In this document: piece after piece, positions 9,847 through 22,895 of the stretch | Layout of the letters: each line of letters begins with the position of its first letter | How positions within the stretch are numbered: position 1 is the stretch's first letter | DNA from: an uncultured bacterium | GTDB taxonomy: Bacteria; SAR324; NAC60-12 | Direction: 5' to 3' | DNA length: 64,000 bases | Assembly: GCA_965662845.1 (NCBI GenBank) | Contig: CBFIJD010000003.1 | Span: 32,001-96,000, forward strand | Notes under the pieces: model-generated | What the model was told of the DNA's origin: nothing | The model's database searches: none | What the model saw: only the letters and a program-made list of their open reading frames with translations | Program-made: the position numbers and the translations under genes

Positions 9847-10815
9847 TCACGGCGAAATCTGCACAACGACCACATACGGGGGCTCACGCACCAACGAAGC
9901 GTCGGGGGGCGCTAGCCTCAAGTTTGGAGCCGTCGTGAGCACCAACTCGTCAAAGATCGGCTCTCGGCTCGTCTGCAAAATCTCCTGCCCCACGACCTTC
10001 CCTTGCGCATCAATCTGCAGCTGAACCCGCAAGGGATCCAGCGCTCGCTCTCGCAAATTCCGATTTTCTTGCCGAAAGAACATCAGCTGGTTGCGCAGCG
10101 TCTGCCAGATGTGCCGGTTGTATGTGCGCTCTGCTAAATGTCGGCGAAACTGTGAGAGCGGCGGTTCCTGCGTCGCGGAGGCCTCTGCTGCGGTCGACTC
10201 GGTCGAATCCTCGTTGGCAAGGGGGGAAGGCTCTATGGGCGTGAGCGGCTCTTGCGCAACCAACGCCGTGGCCCCGTCTGCTGTTTGTTCCGCTGGCGCA
10301 GGCTGCGCTTCTGGCGGAGTCTCAGCGAGCGCTTGAGGCTCTGGGGCTGGCGCAGGAGAGGCCGGTCGTGGGGCCGGTTCTAGCCGAGCGATGGGGGAAG
10401 GCTCTGGGCGTTTGGGGGCGAGCAGCGCCGTGGCCGTCGGTTCGACAAACGCGACGAGGGTGCGAGCCGTCTCGGTCCGACGCTCCGCTGTGCACGGTTG
10501 TTCGCACATCATCGTGTAGAGCACCGAGGACGTAGCGTCCCTGCGCGACAGTCGCACTCTCCAGCCGCGCGCCTGTTCTTCGACCTGAACGAAAAACGCC
10601 ACGGAGCGCGCTGACGGCGGAACCGCGTTGGCAGCAAAAACATAACTCGGAGCTAAGATGTCTTGTAGCTCTTGATGAAACTCTTGTTCTGCGAGGCTGG
10701 GGACAGGCTTAGGGCTTTGGAGGGTCAGTCGGGCCATTGGCAGCATCTCGGCCCCTGCAAAGCTTCCGCTGCTTAGCAGAGACCACCCGATCAAACCCCA
10801 GTGCATCCATTTCAT
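9847..10815 (-). CDS. Exported protein with Pro/Ala/Glu linker and TonB/TolA-like C-terminal domain
   Basis: Signal peptide, PA-rich linker, C-terminal VQLQIDAQGKVVGQEILQTSREPIFDELVL. Confidence 0.65.
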   Translation of the reverse strand: MKWMHWGLIGWSLLSSGSFAGAEMLPMARLTLQSPKPVPSLAEQEFHQELQDILAPSYVFAANAVPPSARSVAFFVQVEEQARGWRVRLSRRDATSSVLYTMMCEQPCTAERRTETARTLVAFVEPTATALLAPKRPEPSPIARLEPAPRPASPAPAPEPQALAETPPEAQPAPAEQTADGATALVAQEPLTPIEPSPLANEDSTESTAAEASATQEPPLSQFRRHLAERTYNRHIWQTLRNQLMFFRQENRNLRERALDPLRVQLQIDAQGKVVGQEILQTSREPIFDELVLTTAPNLRLAPPDASLVREPPYVVVVQISP

Positions 10816-10889
10816 AAAGCACCTTGTGGGCGAGCAGAGCCGAACAGCTCTGCGTGGGGAAGAATACGTTTGACGAAAATTGGGACGTG

Positions 10890-12266
10890 CTAGGCGTGTG
10901 CCGCCAGAAGCTGGCGACGCTGTAGAATTCGCTGCACTTGACGTTGTTTACGGTCATCAAAGCGATATGGCAATAAAATCGCGGCGGCCACGATCAAAAA
11001 CACACCGACTCCGGGACCAAATAGCCACGCTAACGCAGCAGAGACCTCGGGAGATTGCGTCACATTGGGCACAAAACCAATGAGTTCTAACGCGACACCG
11101 GCTCCTGCGACAGCTAAGGCCCGCGCGATTTTTGCGCCCAGCCGCCAGACTCCGAAATACACGCCCGCGCGATTGGAGCCGGTGCACACCTGGTCATAGT
11201 CGATGACATCCGTCAAGATCGAATCCAACAGCACCACTGATCCCACACAGCTACCCAAAAACACGCCCCCAATCACAATCGGAATCCACACGTTCCCCGG
11301 TGGAAAAAATGGGTAGGTAACGCACGTAAACATCCCCAACGCAGACACGCCGTACAGCAACGGGCGCAGTTTGCCAATGCGCCGCGAGAGCAGCACCCAC
11401 CCCACCAGCGAAAGCGTCAACACCAACATGAAGACGACGAGGATCGTCTGCACATCTTCCTCCGCAAATTCTAAGCGATAGCGATAGTAATACAGCGCCA
11501 ACGCTCCGTTCACTGCCACGCCAAAGGTCGCGATGATATAGGCAACCAGCAGCGGACGAAAAGCCTGATTTTGCAAGGAAGCGAGCACACTCGAGCGCAG
11601 CGAGACGTTCTCTGCTTGGTGGTGCATCGGCTGTCGCGACGTCGCCGCCCACGCAAGCAAGGCGACTCCCAACACAATCCCAGCGAGGATCACACTCATC
11701 GAGTTCATCGCGCCTAGCTGCGCAGCTGCAGTCCGCTCTGCGGCCTCTCCAGCTAAAAACGCGCCCGGCAATCCCGCCCCCACAATCGCTCCCATGTTCC
11801 CAAAACCAAAACGGATCGCAAACAAGGTTGAGCGCTCGTCACGGTCGGTCGTCATCTCTCCTGCCATCGCCATATGCGGCACAGATAGTACCGTCATCGC
11901 AGTGTTCAGAAAGAGAAACCCAGCTAGCAGATACGCAAACTTCTGCCACGTCTCTGGCAAGTCTGGCGGCGAGAACAAGACGTAGACACTCACCGCGAGC
12001 AACACCCCCCCCACCCACAAAAACAGCCGACGCCCGCCCAACCGCTCATACCAGCGGTCGCTGAGATAGCCCATCAACGGATCCGTCACCGCATCCCACA
12101 GCAGCCCCAACGCCACGGCCAACCCTGTGAGCCCAGGGCTGAGCCCCACAGCGTCCGTGTAGAAAATCAGCAAATAGAGACGCAGCAAGGTCTCCACCGC
12201 GTTGATGCCGGTCTCAGCGACAGAATACCCTATTTTCGTCAGGGTCGGGATCTGCGCTGTGCTCAC
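10890..12266 (-). CDS. MFS transporter, glycoside-pentoside-hexuronide (GPH) family
   Basis: WDAVTDPLMGYLSD, ERSTL, TDVIDYD motifs; about 12 hydrophobic segments; GTG start overlaps photolyase stop. Confidence 0.9.
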   Translation of the reverse strand: MSTAQIPTLTKIGYSVAETGINAVETLLRLYLLIFYTDAVGLSPGLTGLAVALGLLWDAVTDPLMGYLSDRWYERLGGRRLFLWVGGVLLAVSVYVLFSPPDLPETWQKFAYLLAGFLFLNTAMTVLSVPHMAMAGEMTTDRDERSTLFAIRFGFGNMGAIVGAGLPGAFLAGEAAERTAAAQLGAMNSMSVILAGIVLGVALLAWAATSRQPMHHQAENVSLRSSVLASLQNQAFRPLLVAYIIATFGVAVNGALALYYYRYRLEFAEEDVQTILVVFMLVLTLSLVGWVLLSRRIGKLRPLLYGVSALGMFTCVTYPFFPPGNVWIPIVIGGVFLGSCVGSVVLLDSILTDVIDYDQVCTGSNRAGVYFGVWRLGAKIARALAVAGAGVALELIGFVPNVTQSPEVSAALAWLFGPGVGVFLIVAAAILLPYRFDDRKQRQVQRILQRRQLLAAHA

Positions 12267-13663
12267 TTAGTTCCTTTGGCGACAGCGGCAAACATCGCTT
12301 TGGCGTGTTGACTCGCAACGCGGTGATCTACTATGGGCGCAGGATACTCCTCTCGCAGCAGCCCCCCGGTCTCTTTGTGCCATTGATGCAGACGCTTCGG
12401 GGACACCGAACGCAGCTCTGGAACCCAGCGATGAATATAGGCCCCCTCTGCGTCAAACTTTTGCTGCTGAAGCCACGGGTTAAAAATCCGGAAGTACGGC
12501 TGCGCGTCACATCCCGTAGAAGCAGCCCACTGCCAGCTTCCATTGTTCACACAGGGGTCATAATCGACCAAGCGCTGGGCAAAATAGCGCTCGCCCCAAC
12601 GCCAGTCGATGTGCAAATCTTTGGTCAAAAACGACGCGACGATCATGCGTGCGCGGTTGTGCATATATCCTGTGGCGTTCAGCTCACGCATGCCGGCGTC
12701 GACGATTGGGAAGCCCGTGCGCCCTTCGCACCACGCCGCAAACTGCTCTTCGTTGTGCGCCCACTCCACCGCGTCATATTGCGTCTGAAACGCGGCTCCA
12801 AACACGCGCGGAAAATGAAACGCGATCTGTGTAAAAAAGTCGCGCCAGTACAACTGCCGAACCAAGCCCTGCTCTGCCCCTAAGGTCGACAACATGGCAT
12901 GAAACACTTCACGAACGGAGACCGTCCCAAATTTGTGATGCGCAGAGAGCCTGGTCGTCTCCCGCTTCTTCGCCGGAAAATCTCGCTCGGTCTGGTAGTC
13001 GCCAAAACGAGAGAGGTCCGCCAAAATTTGCTGGGCGGCGGCTCTGCCACCTAGCGGCGTATCGGCGTGTCGGGCGCCAAATGAGAAGTCACTCAACACA
13101 TGCCCGCGCGACTCCTGCAGCGGCAACGGGTCTGTTGCGAAAGCAGCGGCGGGGAGAGCTTGCGGCGTCGGCACAGGCAGCTTGCTCGCGTTTTTGTAGA
13201 AAGGCGTAAAGACGGTGTAAGGGTCGTGGTTGGCTTTGCGCGTCTTCTCTGGTGGGTGCAGCAACACGTCATCCACGCTGTGAAAAACGGCTTGCTGCGC
13301 TTGGCACACGTCTGCCATTTGCTGATCGCGCTGTTGACTGAAGGGCGTGAAATCGCGATTGACAAAGACCGCTGCGGCTTGTGTCTGTTTCAACAGCTCG
13401 GGCAGCAGCTCATGCGGTCGTCCATACAACACATAGAGTTTGCCTTGCGCGACCTCCATCTGACGCTGCAAGTCCTCTAGTGATTCCACGAGAAAACGCA
13501 ACGCCGCGTCGCTGCGATAGGGATGAGCTTCCAGTTGACGAGGATCGAAACAGAAGCAAGCCCACACCTTGGAGGACGATGCGAGCGCTTGATGAAGGCC
13601 AAGATTGTCTGACAGACGCAGGTCGCGCCGAAAGAAAAAGAGCGAGTTTGCGTACATGAGCAT
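12263..13663 (-). CDS. phrB: Deoxyribodipyrimidine (CPD) photolyase
   Basis: FRRDLRLSDN, YTVFTPF, WRDFF, TGFPIVDAGMREL, GYMHNRARMIVASFLTKDL, NNGSWQW, PYFRIFNP. Confidence 0.93.
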   Translation of the reverse strand: MLMYANSLFFFRRDLRLSDNLGLHQALASSSKVWACFCFDPRQLEAHPYRSDAALRFLVESLEDLQRQMEVAQGKLYVLYGRPHELLPELLKQTQAAAVFVNRDFTPFSQQRDQQMADVCQAQQAVFHSVDDVLLHPPEKTRKANHDPYTVFTPFYKNASKLPVPTPQALPAAAFATDPLPLQESRGHVLSDFSFGARHADTPLGGRAAAQQILADLSRFGDYQTERDFPAKKRETTRLSAHHKFGTVSVREVFHAMLSTLGAEQGLVRQLYWRDFFTQIAFHFPRVFGAAFQTQYDAVEWAHNEEQFAAWCEGRTGFPIVDAGMRELNATGYMHNRARMIVASFLTKDLHIDWRWGERYFAQRLVDYDPCVNNGSWQWAASTGCDAQPYFRIFNPWLQQQKFDAEGAYIHRWVPELRSVSPKRLHQWHKETGGLLREEYPAPIVDHRVASQHAKAMFAAVAKGTK

Positions 13664-13721
13664 CGTTACGGGAGGTTGAGGCTGCCCTCCGGAGAAGGCA
13701 GGAAGGAGAGAAGGAAGAGCT

Positions 13722-15755
13722 TTAGTTGGCGAGCGAACGCTGCGTGGAGAAGGGCAGCTGATAGTCTGGGAAGACCTTGCGGATTTCTTGCGCGACTAAG
13801 TTCGGATTGGCCTTCAGTTTACTGGAGAACCCCGAGAAAACATGGGCCTTGCTGCACAAACAGCCGCGCATCGCTTCCAGCCCATCATGCGGCAAGTACT
13901 CAAACTGCTGCACCGTCTCGTCTTCGATGAGGAAATCCATTAAGTCGTCAAACACCTTCTTGAGTGGTCGCACCGGCGTGTCCATTTGGGCATAGCGCAA
14001 GACCAGCGCGCGGATCACATGCTGTGGCGAAATGCTGATCGTCTGGTTGCGGTGACGGTTACGATACAGCAGATTGAACAGATATGTATCTGGCAGCCCC
14101 TTCTTCACCGGTTGGTGAATCAGATGACAGTTCCCACTCTCGCGTCCAAACTCAAATGACGCCGAGATCGGCGCATTGCCGAGCGACGACGCACAATAGA
14201 AGTTGAAGTTGATGCGCACCGGTTCAACGCGTCCGGTCTCTGGGTTGAGATAACTGATCTGCACTGGCAAGGTCTCGTCCTGTTGCGTCTGAATCCGACC
14301 AAAGTGCCCAATCTTAATGTAGGTCGCGCTCTCCAAAATATCGGCCAGCTTCTCGCGCAACGCCTCTCGATTGTCAATCTGCCACAAGCGCCAACCGTTT
14401 TCGCGGAACGTGTTCCACAGGTGCTCGCTCTGACGAGCCAGCGCAGAGCTTGCGCTCTCTCTGCCCACGACGGCAAATGGGACCTCTGGGACGTCTTCGG
14501 TTTCACTCGCAGCTTCGCCGTTCGATTGCAGGTCTTTCGACACAGGAACTTTGCGGCGTTTCTCCACCAGCTCGTAATAGATTTCCTTGAAGTCTTCCGG
14601 CCGTAAATATTCGGTCTCGGCTAAGGCGCACGTGCGCTGGACGACGTTCTCTAGCTCACGAATATTTCCTTCCCAAGGCCACAGTCGCAGCAGCTCTAGC
14701 GCGTTCGGGTCTACGCCGATCACGCGTGGATTCAAGCTGGCGTTCTTCTGAATGAAGTGCTGGATCAGCAGCGGGAGATCTTCTTGGCGTTCGCGCAGTG
14801 GAGGCAGATGGATCGTGAAGACATTCAGACGATAGAGCAGATCTTCGCGGAAATCGCGTGACTTGATCCGGTCTTCTAAGCCTTGATTTGTTGCGCTGAT
14901 CACCCGCACGTTGACCTTCATGTGCCGGTTGCTGCCAACGGGGAGCACTTCGCCTTCCTGCAACATGCGCAGCAGCTTCACTTGCAGGGGCAGCGGGGTG
15001 TCCCCGATTTCGTCTAGGAACAGCGTCCCGCCATCTGCATATTTCACTAGCCCTTCTTTCTTGCCAATCGCGCCCGTGAACGCGCCCTTCTCGTGCCCAA
15101 ACAGCTCGCTCTCGAACAGTTCTGACGGAATCGCTCCACAATTGACAGGGACGAACGGGCCGTTCTTGCGGCGGCTTCGCTTGTAGATTTCGCGGGCGAC
15201 TAGCTCCTTTCCCGTGCCCGTCTCTCCACGGACGAGAATGGGACCGTCTAGCGGAGCAAACTTCTCAACAAGCTGCATCATCTCTTGAAACCGTGGCGCT
15301 TGTCCGACGAGCTGCCGCGGCATCTCAATCGTGCGCAGACGCAGCGTCTCATTCAGCTTATATTCGCTGCTGAGCGCCTTGCGTTCTTCCACCAGCTTCT
15401 GCGCTCGCAGCAGGGCGTCTTGCAGCTTGCGCGAGTCGAACGGCTTGGAAATATAATCGTCGAAGCGACTATCCCGGAAAGCGGCCACCAGCGTCTCAGT
15501 GCTCTCGAAGCCGGTCACCATGATCGTCACCAACTCAGGGGCGATTTCCTTCAGGTGCTTCCCGATTTTCAGCCCATCCACCTCTGGCAGTTGCTTGTCG
15601 ATAATCGCGACATCGTACTTTTGCGCAAGTTCTGGAGTCGCCTGCAGCAAGGGCGCTCCGTTCTGCAAGAACTCCAATTCGTGGCCCGAACTCCGGAACC
15701 AGCCTTTGATGAGCGCCTCGACATAGGGCTCGTCGTCAATCACAAGAATTCTCAT
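13722..15755 (-). CDS. Sigma54-dependent response regulator (REC + AAA+) with atypical long C-terminal domain
   Basis: VIDDE/IIDKQLP receiver, GETGTGKE Walker A, FGHEKGAFTGA, FLDEIG, FREDLLYRL, WEGNIRELEN. Confidence 0.92.
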   Translation of the reverse strand: MRILVIDDEPYVEALIKGWFRSSGHELEFLQNGAPLLQATPELAQKYDVAIIDKQLPEVDGLKIGKHLKEIAPELVTIMVTGFESTETLVAAFRDSRFDDYISKPFDSRKLQDALLRAQKLVEERKALSSEYKLNETLRLRTIEMPRQLVGQAPRFQEMMQLVEKFAPLDGPILVRGETGTGKELVAREIYKRSRRKNGPFVPVNCGAIPSELFESELFGHEKGAFTGAIGKKEGLVKYADGGTLFLDEIGDTPLPLQVKLLRMLQEGEVLPVGSNRHMKVNVRVISATNQGLEDRIKSRDFREDLLYRLNVFTIHLPPLRERQEDLPLLIQHFIQKNASLNPRVIGVDPNALELLRLWPWEGNIRELENVVQRTCALAETEYLRPEDFKEIYYELVEKRRKVPVSKDLQSNGEAASETEDVPEVPFAVVGRESASSALARQSEHLWNTFRENGWRLWQIDNREALREKLADILESATYIKIGHFGRIQTQQDETLPVQISYLNPETGRVEPVRINFNFYCASSLGNAPISASFEFGRESGNCHLIHQPVKKGLPDTYLFNLLYRNRHRNQTISISPQHVIRALVLRYAQMDTPVRPLKKVFDDLMDFLIEDETVQQFEYLPHDGLEAMRGCLCSKAHVFSGFSSKLKANPNLVAQEIRKVFPDYQLPFSTQRSLAN

Positions 15756-16112
15756 GGATACCTATTTTTGTGAGATATTAGCCTGAAAAAGACTCTTTTA
15801 TCACGGAAATATAAAAATCACTGCAAAGAAGGGTTGCCTTTCCCTTGTGCGGAGGCTCTGTGAGAAAGGTTTCACAGAAAATCAAAAAAATACATGAAAA
15901 ACAGAAACTTAACTTCTTTGAATCATCTACTCACATTGGCATAGCGTGTGTAGCAGAGACCGCAGTGTCGTTTCGGACAATGAGACTGCTGCACAGGCGA
16001 AACCAAACTTTGGCCTCGCTGACTTTCCTCAAAAGCTTATTGTCCGAAAAATCTTTTCCAGACGAATTTGTCATAGTGAAAGAAACTGCGACAACTTTAT
16101 TCTGAAAAAAAG

Positions 16113-16140
16113 TTTACTCTTTTCTGACAAACGCTATATT
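16113..16140 (+). promoter_or_regulatory. Putative sigma70 promoter for the RR / LOV-kinase genes
   Basis: TTTACT-16 nt-TATATT in the AT-rich divergent intergenic region. Confidence 0.3.
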
Positions 16141-16152
16141 GACGGGAATTCT

Positions 16153-16548
16153 GTGAATCAACCGACCAGACCCAAGGTAATCTTGGCCCTGGATGACGAA
16201 CGCCCTAGTCTAGATTTGGTGCGCGCTGTGTTCCGGCGCCCGCGTTGGAAATTGATTTGTCTAGACCACGAAGAATCGTTCCATCAGGCTATTGCCGAAA
16301 CGCAACCCGATCTCATTTTGCTCGATCACAACATGCCTCATAAATCAGGAATGCAGCTTTGTGCGGAACTGCGGGCATACGACTCCAACACTCCCGTGGT
16401 TTTCCTTACAGCCGACCAAGACACACGCCGCGAATCAGAGGCGCTGTCTCTCGGAGCGCAAGGGATGCTGCGGAAGCCCATCGCACCACATCAGCTCAGA
16501 CAATATGTGGAAAACCACCTCAGTCCGTCGGTACCCTCCACTGTCTGA
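16153..16548 (+). CDS. Single-domain response regulator
   Basis: ALDDE, LLDHNMP, FLTA, RKP; GTG start at 16153 chosen. Confidence 0.85.
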   Translation: MNQPTRPKVILALDDERPSLDLVRAVFRRPRWKLICLDHEESFHQAIAETQPDLILLDHNMPHKSGMQLCAELRAYDSNTPVVFLTADQDTRRESEALSLGAQGMLRKPIAPHQLRQYVENHLSPSVPSTV

Positions 16549-16590
16549 TTAACTCTTTTCTCGCTCTGCTTGTTGAGGCCCCAAGAACTC

Positions 16591-18189
16591 ATGGAACAAA
16601 CGCTCCCTTTTCGAGGTTCCGCGCAGTTTTTTCAGGACACCCTCGACGCTCTCTCCGCTCACATCGCCATCTTGAATCAAGAAGGCACCATCGTCGCTGT
16701 CAACGACGCTTGGCGCAAATTCGGTGGTCTGAACGACTATGCCGACCCACACTGCGGCATCGGCCAGAACTACCTTGACATCTGCAAATACACCATCGGG
16801 CCAGAGTCTGAGGACGCCCAGCGAGCCGCCGACGCCATTCATCAGCTGCTCGACGGTCAAAAGGACTCCTTTCGTATGGAGTATCCTTGCCACAGCTGCG
16901 AAGAGCGACGCTGGTTTTCTCTCTCGCTCACCAGCTTTCATTTTGACAAACAAATGTGGCTGGTCGCCGCGCACGAGAACATCACGCAGCAAAAAATCGC
17001 AGAGGAAGATCTGCGGTTGCGCGACCGCGCGATGGAAGAAGCCGCCGAAGGCATCACCATCACCGACGCGACAAATACCGAGAACCCCATCATCTACGCC
17101 AACAGCGGCTTCACCCGCATCACGGGCTATCTCAACGAAGAGACCGTCGGACGCAACTGCCGCTTCTTGCAGGGAGAAGGGACCGACCCCGCAGCCGTCG
17201 AACGCATTCGGCAAGCGCTCCGCCAACATGAACCTTGCAGCGTGGAGCTGCGCAACTACACAAAAGACGGGCGCCCTTTCTGGAACAAACTCTCCATCAC
17301 CCCAATCAAAGACGCCGAGGGGAACACCACTCACTACGTTGGCGTTCAATCCGACATCACGCAGGAAAAAGACATGGAAGCAACCCTGCGGCACCGCACG
17401 GACGAGCTGGAACAGCTCAACACACGACTGCGTGACTCCGAGAGCGAACTCCGCCGCCAGAACGCGAACAAAGACAAATTCTTCTCCATCATCTCCCACG
17501 ACCTCAAAAGCCCGTTCCACTCCATTCTCGGCTTCGCAGAAATTCTCTCTGGCGACCTCGGAGACTTCACGCTAGATGAGATCCGCTCTTACGGCAATCA
17601 CATCCACGTGGGCGCCCAAAACCTGCTCAACTTGCTCGAAAATTTGATGCAGTGGACTCGCTTGCAGTCTGGCCACATGGGCTATCAACCCGAGCCGCTG
17701 CTGCTGCGCGAACGCGTCGAAATGGTCGCCAGCCTGCTGCAAGGGAACCTGCACGCTAAGAAGATTGCTTTTGACTGTGGGATTGACCCTGAGATGATGG
17801 TCTACGCTGATCGCACGCACCTCTCCCTTGTTCTCCAAAACCTAGTCTCAAACGCGGTCAAATTTACGCGATCTCAAGGCGGGATTCAGGTATACGCGAG
17901 TCAGCAAGACGATCTGGTAGAAATTTGCGTTGAAGACAACGGTTTAGGCATGGATAAAGAACATCTTCAGCGTTTGTTTCAAATTGAGACTTCGTTTTCA
18001 ACCGTCGGCACGGCAAATGAGAAAGGGACCGGGTTGGGCCTGATCCTTTGCTATGAGCTTGTGCGCGAGAACGCCGGCAGCATTTGGGCCGAGAGTGAAC
18101 CTGAGCAGGGCTCGCGGTTCTATTTCACCTTACCTTCCTCAGTCCGAGCCCTAGCGTCGCTGAGCAACCCACGCCCTGAGCAAAACTGA
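16591..18189 (+). CDS. PAS + LOV blue-light sensor histidine kinase
   Basis: LOV signature GRNCRFLQG (Cys codon 17158-17160), ELRNYTKDGRPFWN, YVGVQSD; H-box SHDLKSP, N-box NLVSNAVKF, DNGLG, GTGLGL. Confidence 0.93.
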   Translation: MEQTLPFRGSAQFFQDTLDALSAHIAILNQEGTIVAVNDAWRKFGGLNDYADPHCGIGQNYLDICKYTIGPESEDAQRAADAIHQLLDGQKDSFRMEYPCHSCEERRWFSLSLTSFHFDKQMWLVAAHENITQQKIAEEDLRLRDRAMEEAAEGITITDATNTENPIIYANSGFTRITGYLNEETVGRNCRFLQGEGTDPAAVERIRQALRQHEPCSVELRNYTKDGRPFWNKLSITPIKDAEGNTTHYVGVQSDITQEKDMEATLRHRTDELEQLNTRLRDSESELRRQNANKDKFFSIISHDLKSPFHSILGFAEILSGDLGDFTLDEIRSYGNHIHVGAQNLLNLLENLMQWTRLQSGHMGYQPEPLLLRERVEMVASLLQGNLHAKKIAFDCGIDPEMMVYADRTHLSLVLQNLVSNAVKFTRSQGGIQVYASQQDDLVEICVEDNGLGMDKEHLQRLFQIETSFSTVGTANEKGTGLGLILCYELVRENAGSIWAESEPEQGSRFYFTLPSSVRALASLSNPRPEQN

Positions 18190-18222
18190 AGAAGCATTTC
18201 ATCATCACCTCTTGGAGGACAT

Positions 18223-19835
18223 ATGATCGTTGATTCTCCCATCAGCGTCCGTAAAATTTTCTACGCCCTCGCCGCCGCCTACGCGGCTTCTGTTGTGGTA
18301 GTCGCGCCTTTCTATGGCGCGTACGCGTGGTCTTTGATCATCGGCATTCCACTCATCGCCCTTGGTTTTCGTGACTTGCAGCAACGCAAGAGCACGATTT
18401 TGCGCAACTTTCCTGTCATTGGGCACCTGCGCTTCTTACTCGAAGAGATTCGCCCCGAGATGTACCAATACTTCGTGGAATCCGACACCAGCGGCACGCC
18501 CTTCAACCGTTTGGAGCGCAGCCTCGTCTATCAGCGCGCAAAGAACGTCCGCGACACGGTTCCTTTCGGGACCCAATCTAACGTCTACGAAGTCGGCTAT
18601 GAGTGGGTGAACCATTCGCTGCAGCCTGTTCACTTGGAGCAGCACGACCTCCGGGTGAACGTTGGCGGCTCTGAATGCACGCAGCCTTACTCCGCAAGCC
18701 TATTGAATGTGTCCGCAATGAGCTTTGGATCTCTCAGTCGCAACGCAGTCATCGCCTTGAACGGTGGCGCCAAAATGGGAGGCTTTGCGCACAACACTGG
18801 AGAAGGGGGGATTAGCAAATATCACCTAGAAGGCGGCGGAGACCTGATCTGGCAGATCGGCACTGGCTACTTCGGTTGTCGCCACGATGACGGGACGTTC
18901 AATCCAGAAAAATTCAAACAGAAAGCGACGCTGCCCAACATCAAAATGATCGAGATCAAGCTGTCTCAAGGGGCAAAGCCGGGGCATGGTGGCATCTTAC
19001 CCGCCGCCAAACTCACACCAGAAATCGCAGAAATGCGCGAAGTCCCCATGGGCAAAGCTGTGCTCTCTCCTCCAGCACACTCAAGGTTCTCAACGCCGCT
19101 GGAGTTGGTTCAATTCATCCAGCAGCTGCGCGACCTCTCCGGTGGCAAGCCTGTCGGCTTCAAACTTTGTGTCGGCAAACGCCGCGAGTTCATCGCAATT
19201 TGTAAGGCCATGCTGCAAACCGGCATCAAGCCAGACTTTATCACGGTCGATGGCGGAGAAGGCGGCACGGGCGCTGCGCCCTTAGAATTCACGAACAACA
19301 TCGGCACTCCGCTCTGCGAAGGCCTGATCTTCGTGCACAACGTGCTCAACGGTTTTGATCTGCGCAAAGACATCCGGATCATTTCTAGCGGCAAAGCGAT
19401 CTCAGGCTTCGGCATCGTCAAGCGTCTCGCTCTCGGCGCCGATATGTGCTACTCCGCGCGGGGCATGATGATGGCGCTCGGCTGCATCCAAGCCCTCAAG
19501 TGCAACACCAACCGCTGCCCTGTCGGCGTCGCGACTCAAGATGAGACCTTGATGGACGGACTCGATCCGGCAGACAAAAAAGTGAGAGTCTTCCACTTCC
19601 ACCATAACCTCGAAAAGAGCGTCTGCGAGATCATCGGAGCGATGGGCCTCCAAGACCCCAGCGAGCTGGAGCCCTGGCATTTGATGCGCCGCGTCAGCCC
19701 CACCGAAGTCAAGCACTACGGTGAAATCTACGATTATCTGCAGCCCGGCAGCCTGCTAAGTGACACCCTTCCACCCAGCTACGCCCGCGCGGTAACAGCT
19801 GCCCAAGCGTCCTCTTTCGCCGCCCTCCCCAACTG

Positions 19836-19836
<1 letters not shown>
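18223..19836 (+). CDS. FMN-binding glutamate synthase family protein (stand-alone, N-terminal TM helices)
   Basis: SAMSFGSLS, NTGEGG, EIKLSQGAKPGHGG, DGGEGGTGAA, CIQALKCNTNRC Fe-S motif. Confidence 0.92.
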
Positions 19837-22892
<3,056 letters not shown>

Positions 22893-22895
22893 AGT

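Noticed and set aside
15937..15951. Sigma54 promoter TGGCATAGCGTGTGT
   Set aside because: The -12 element is GT rather than GC; too weak to call.
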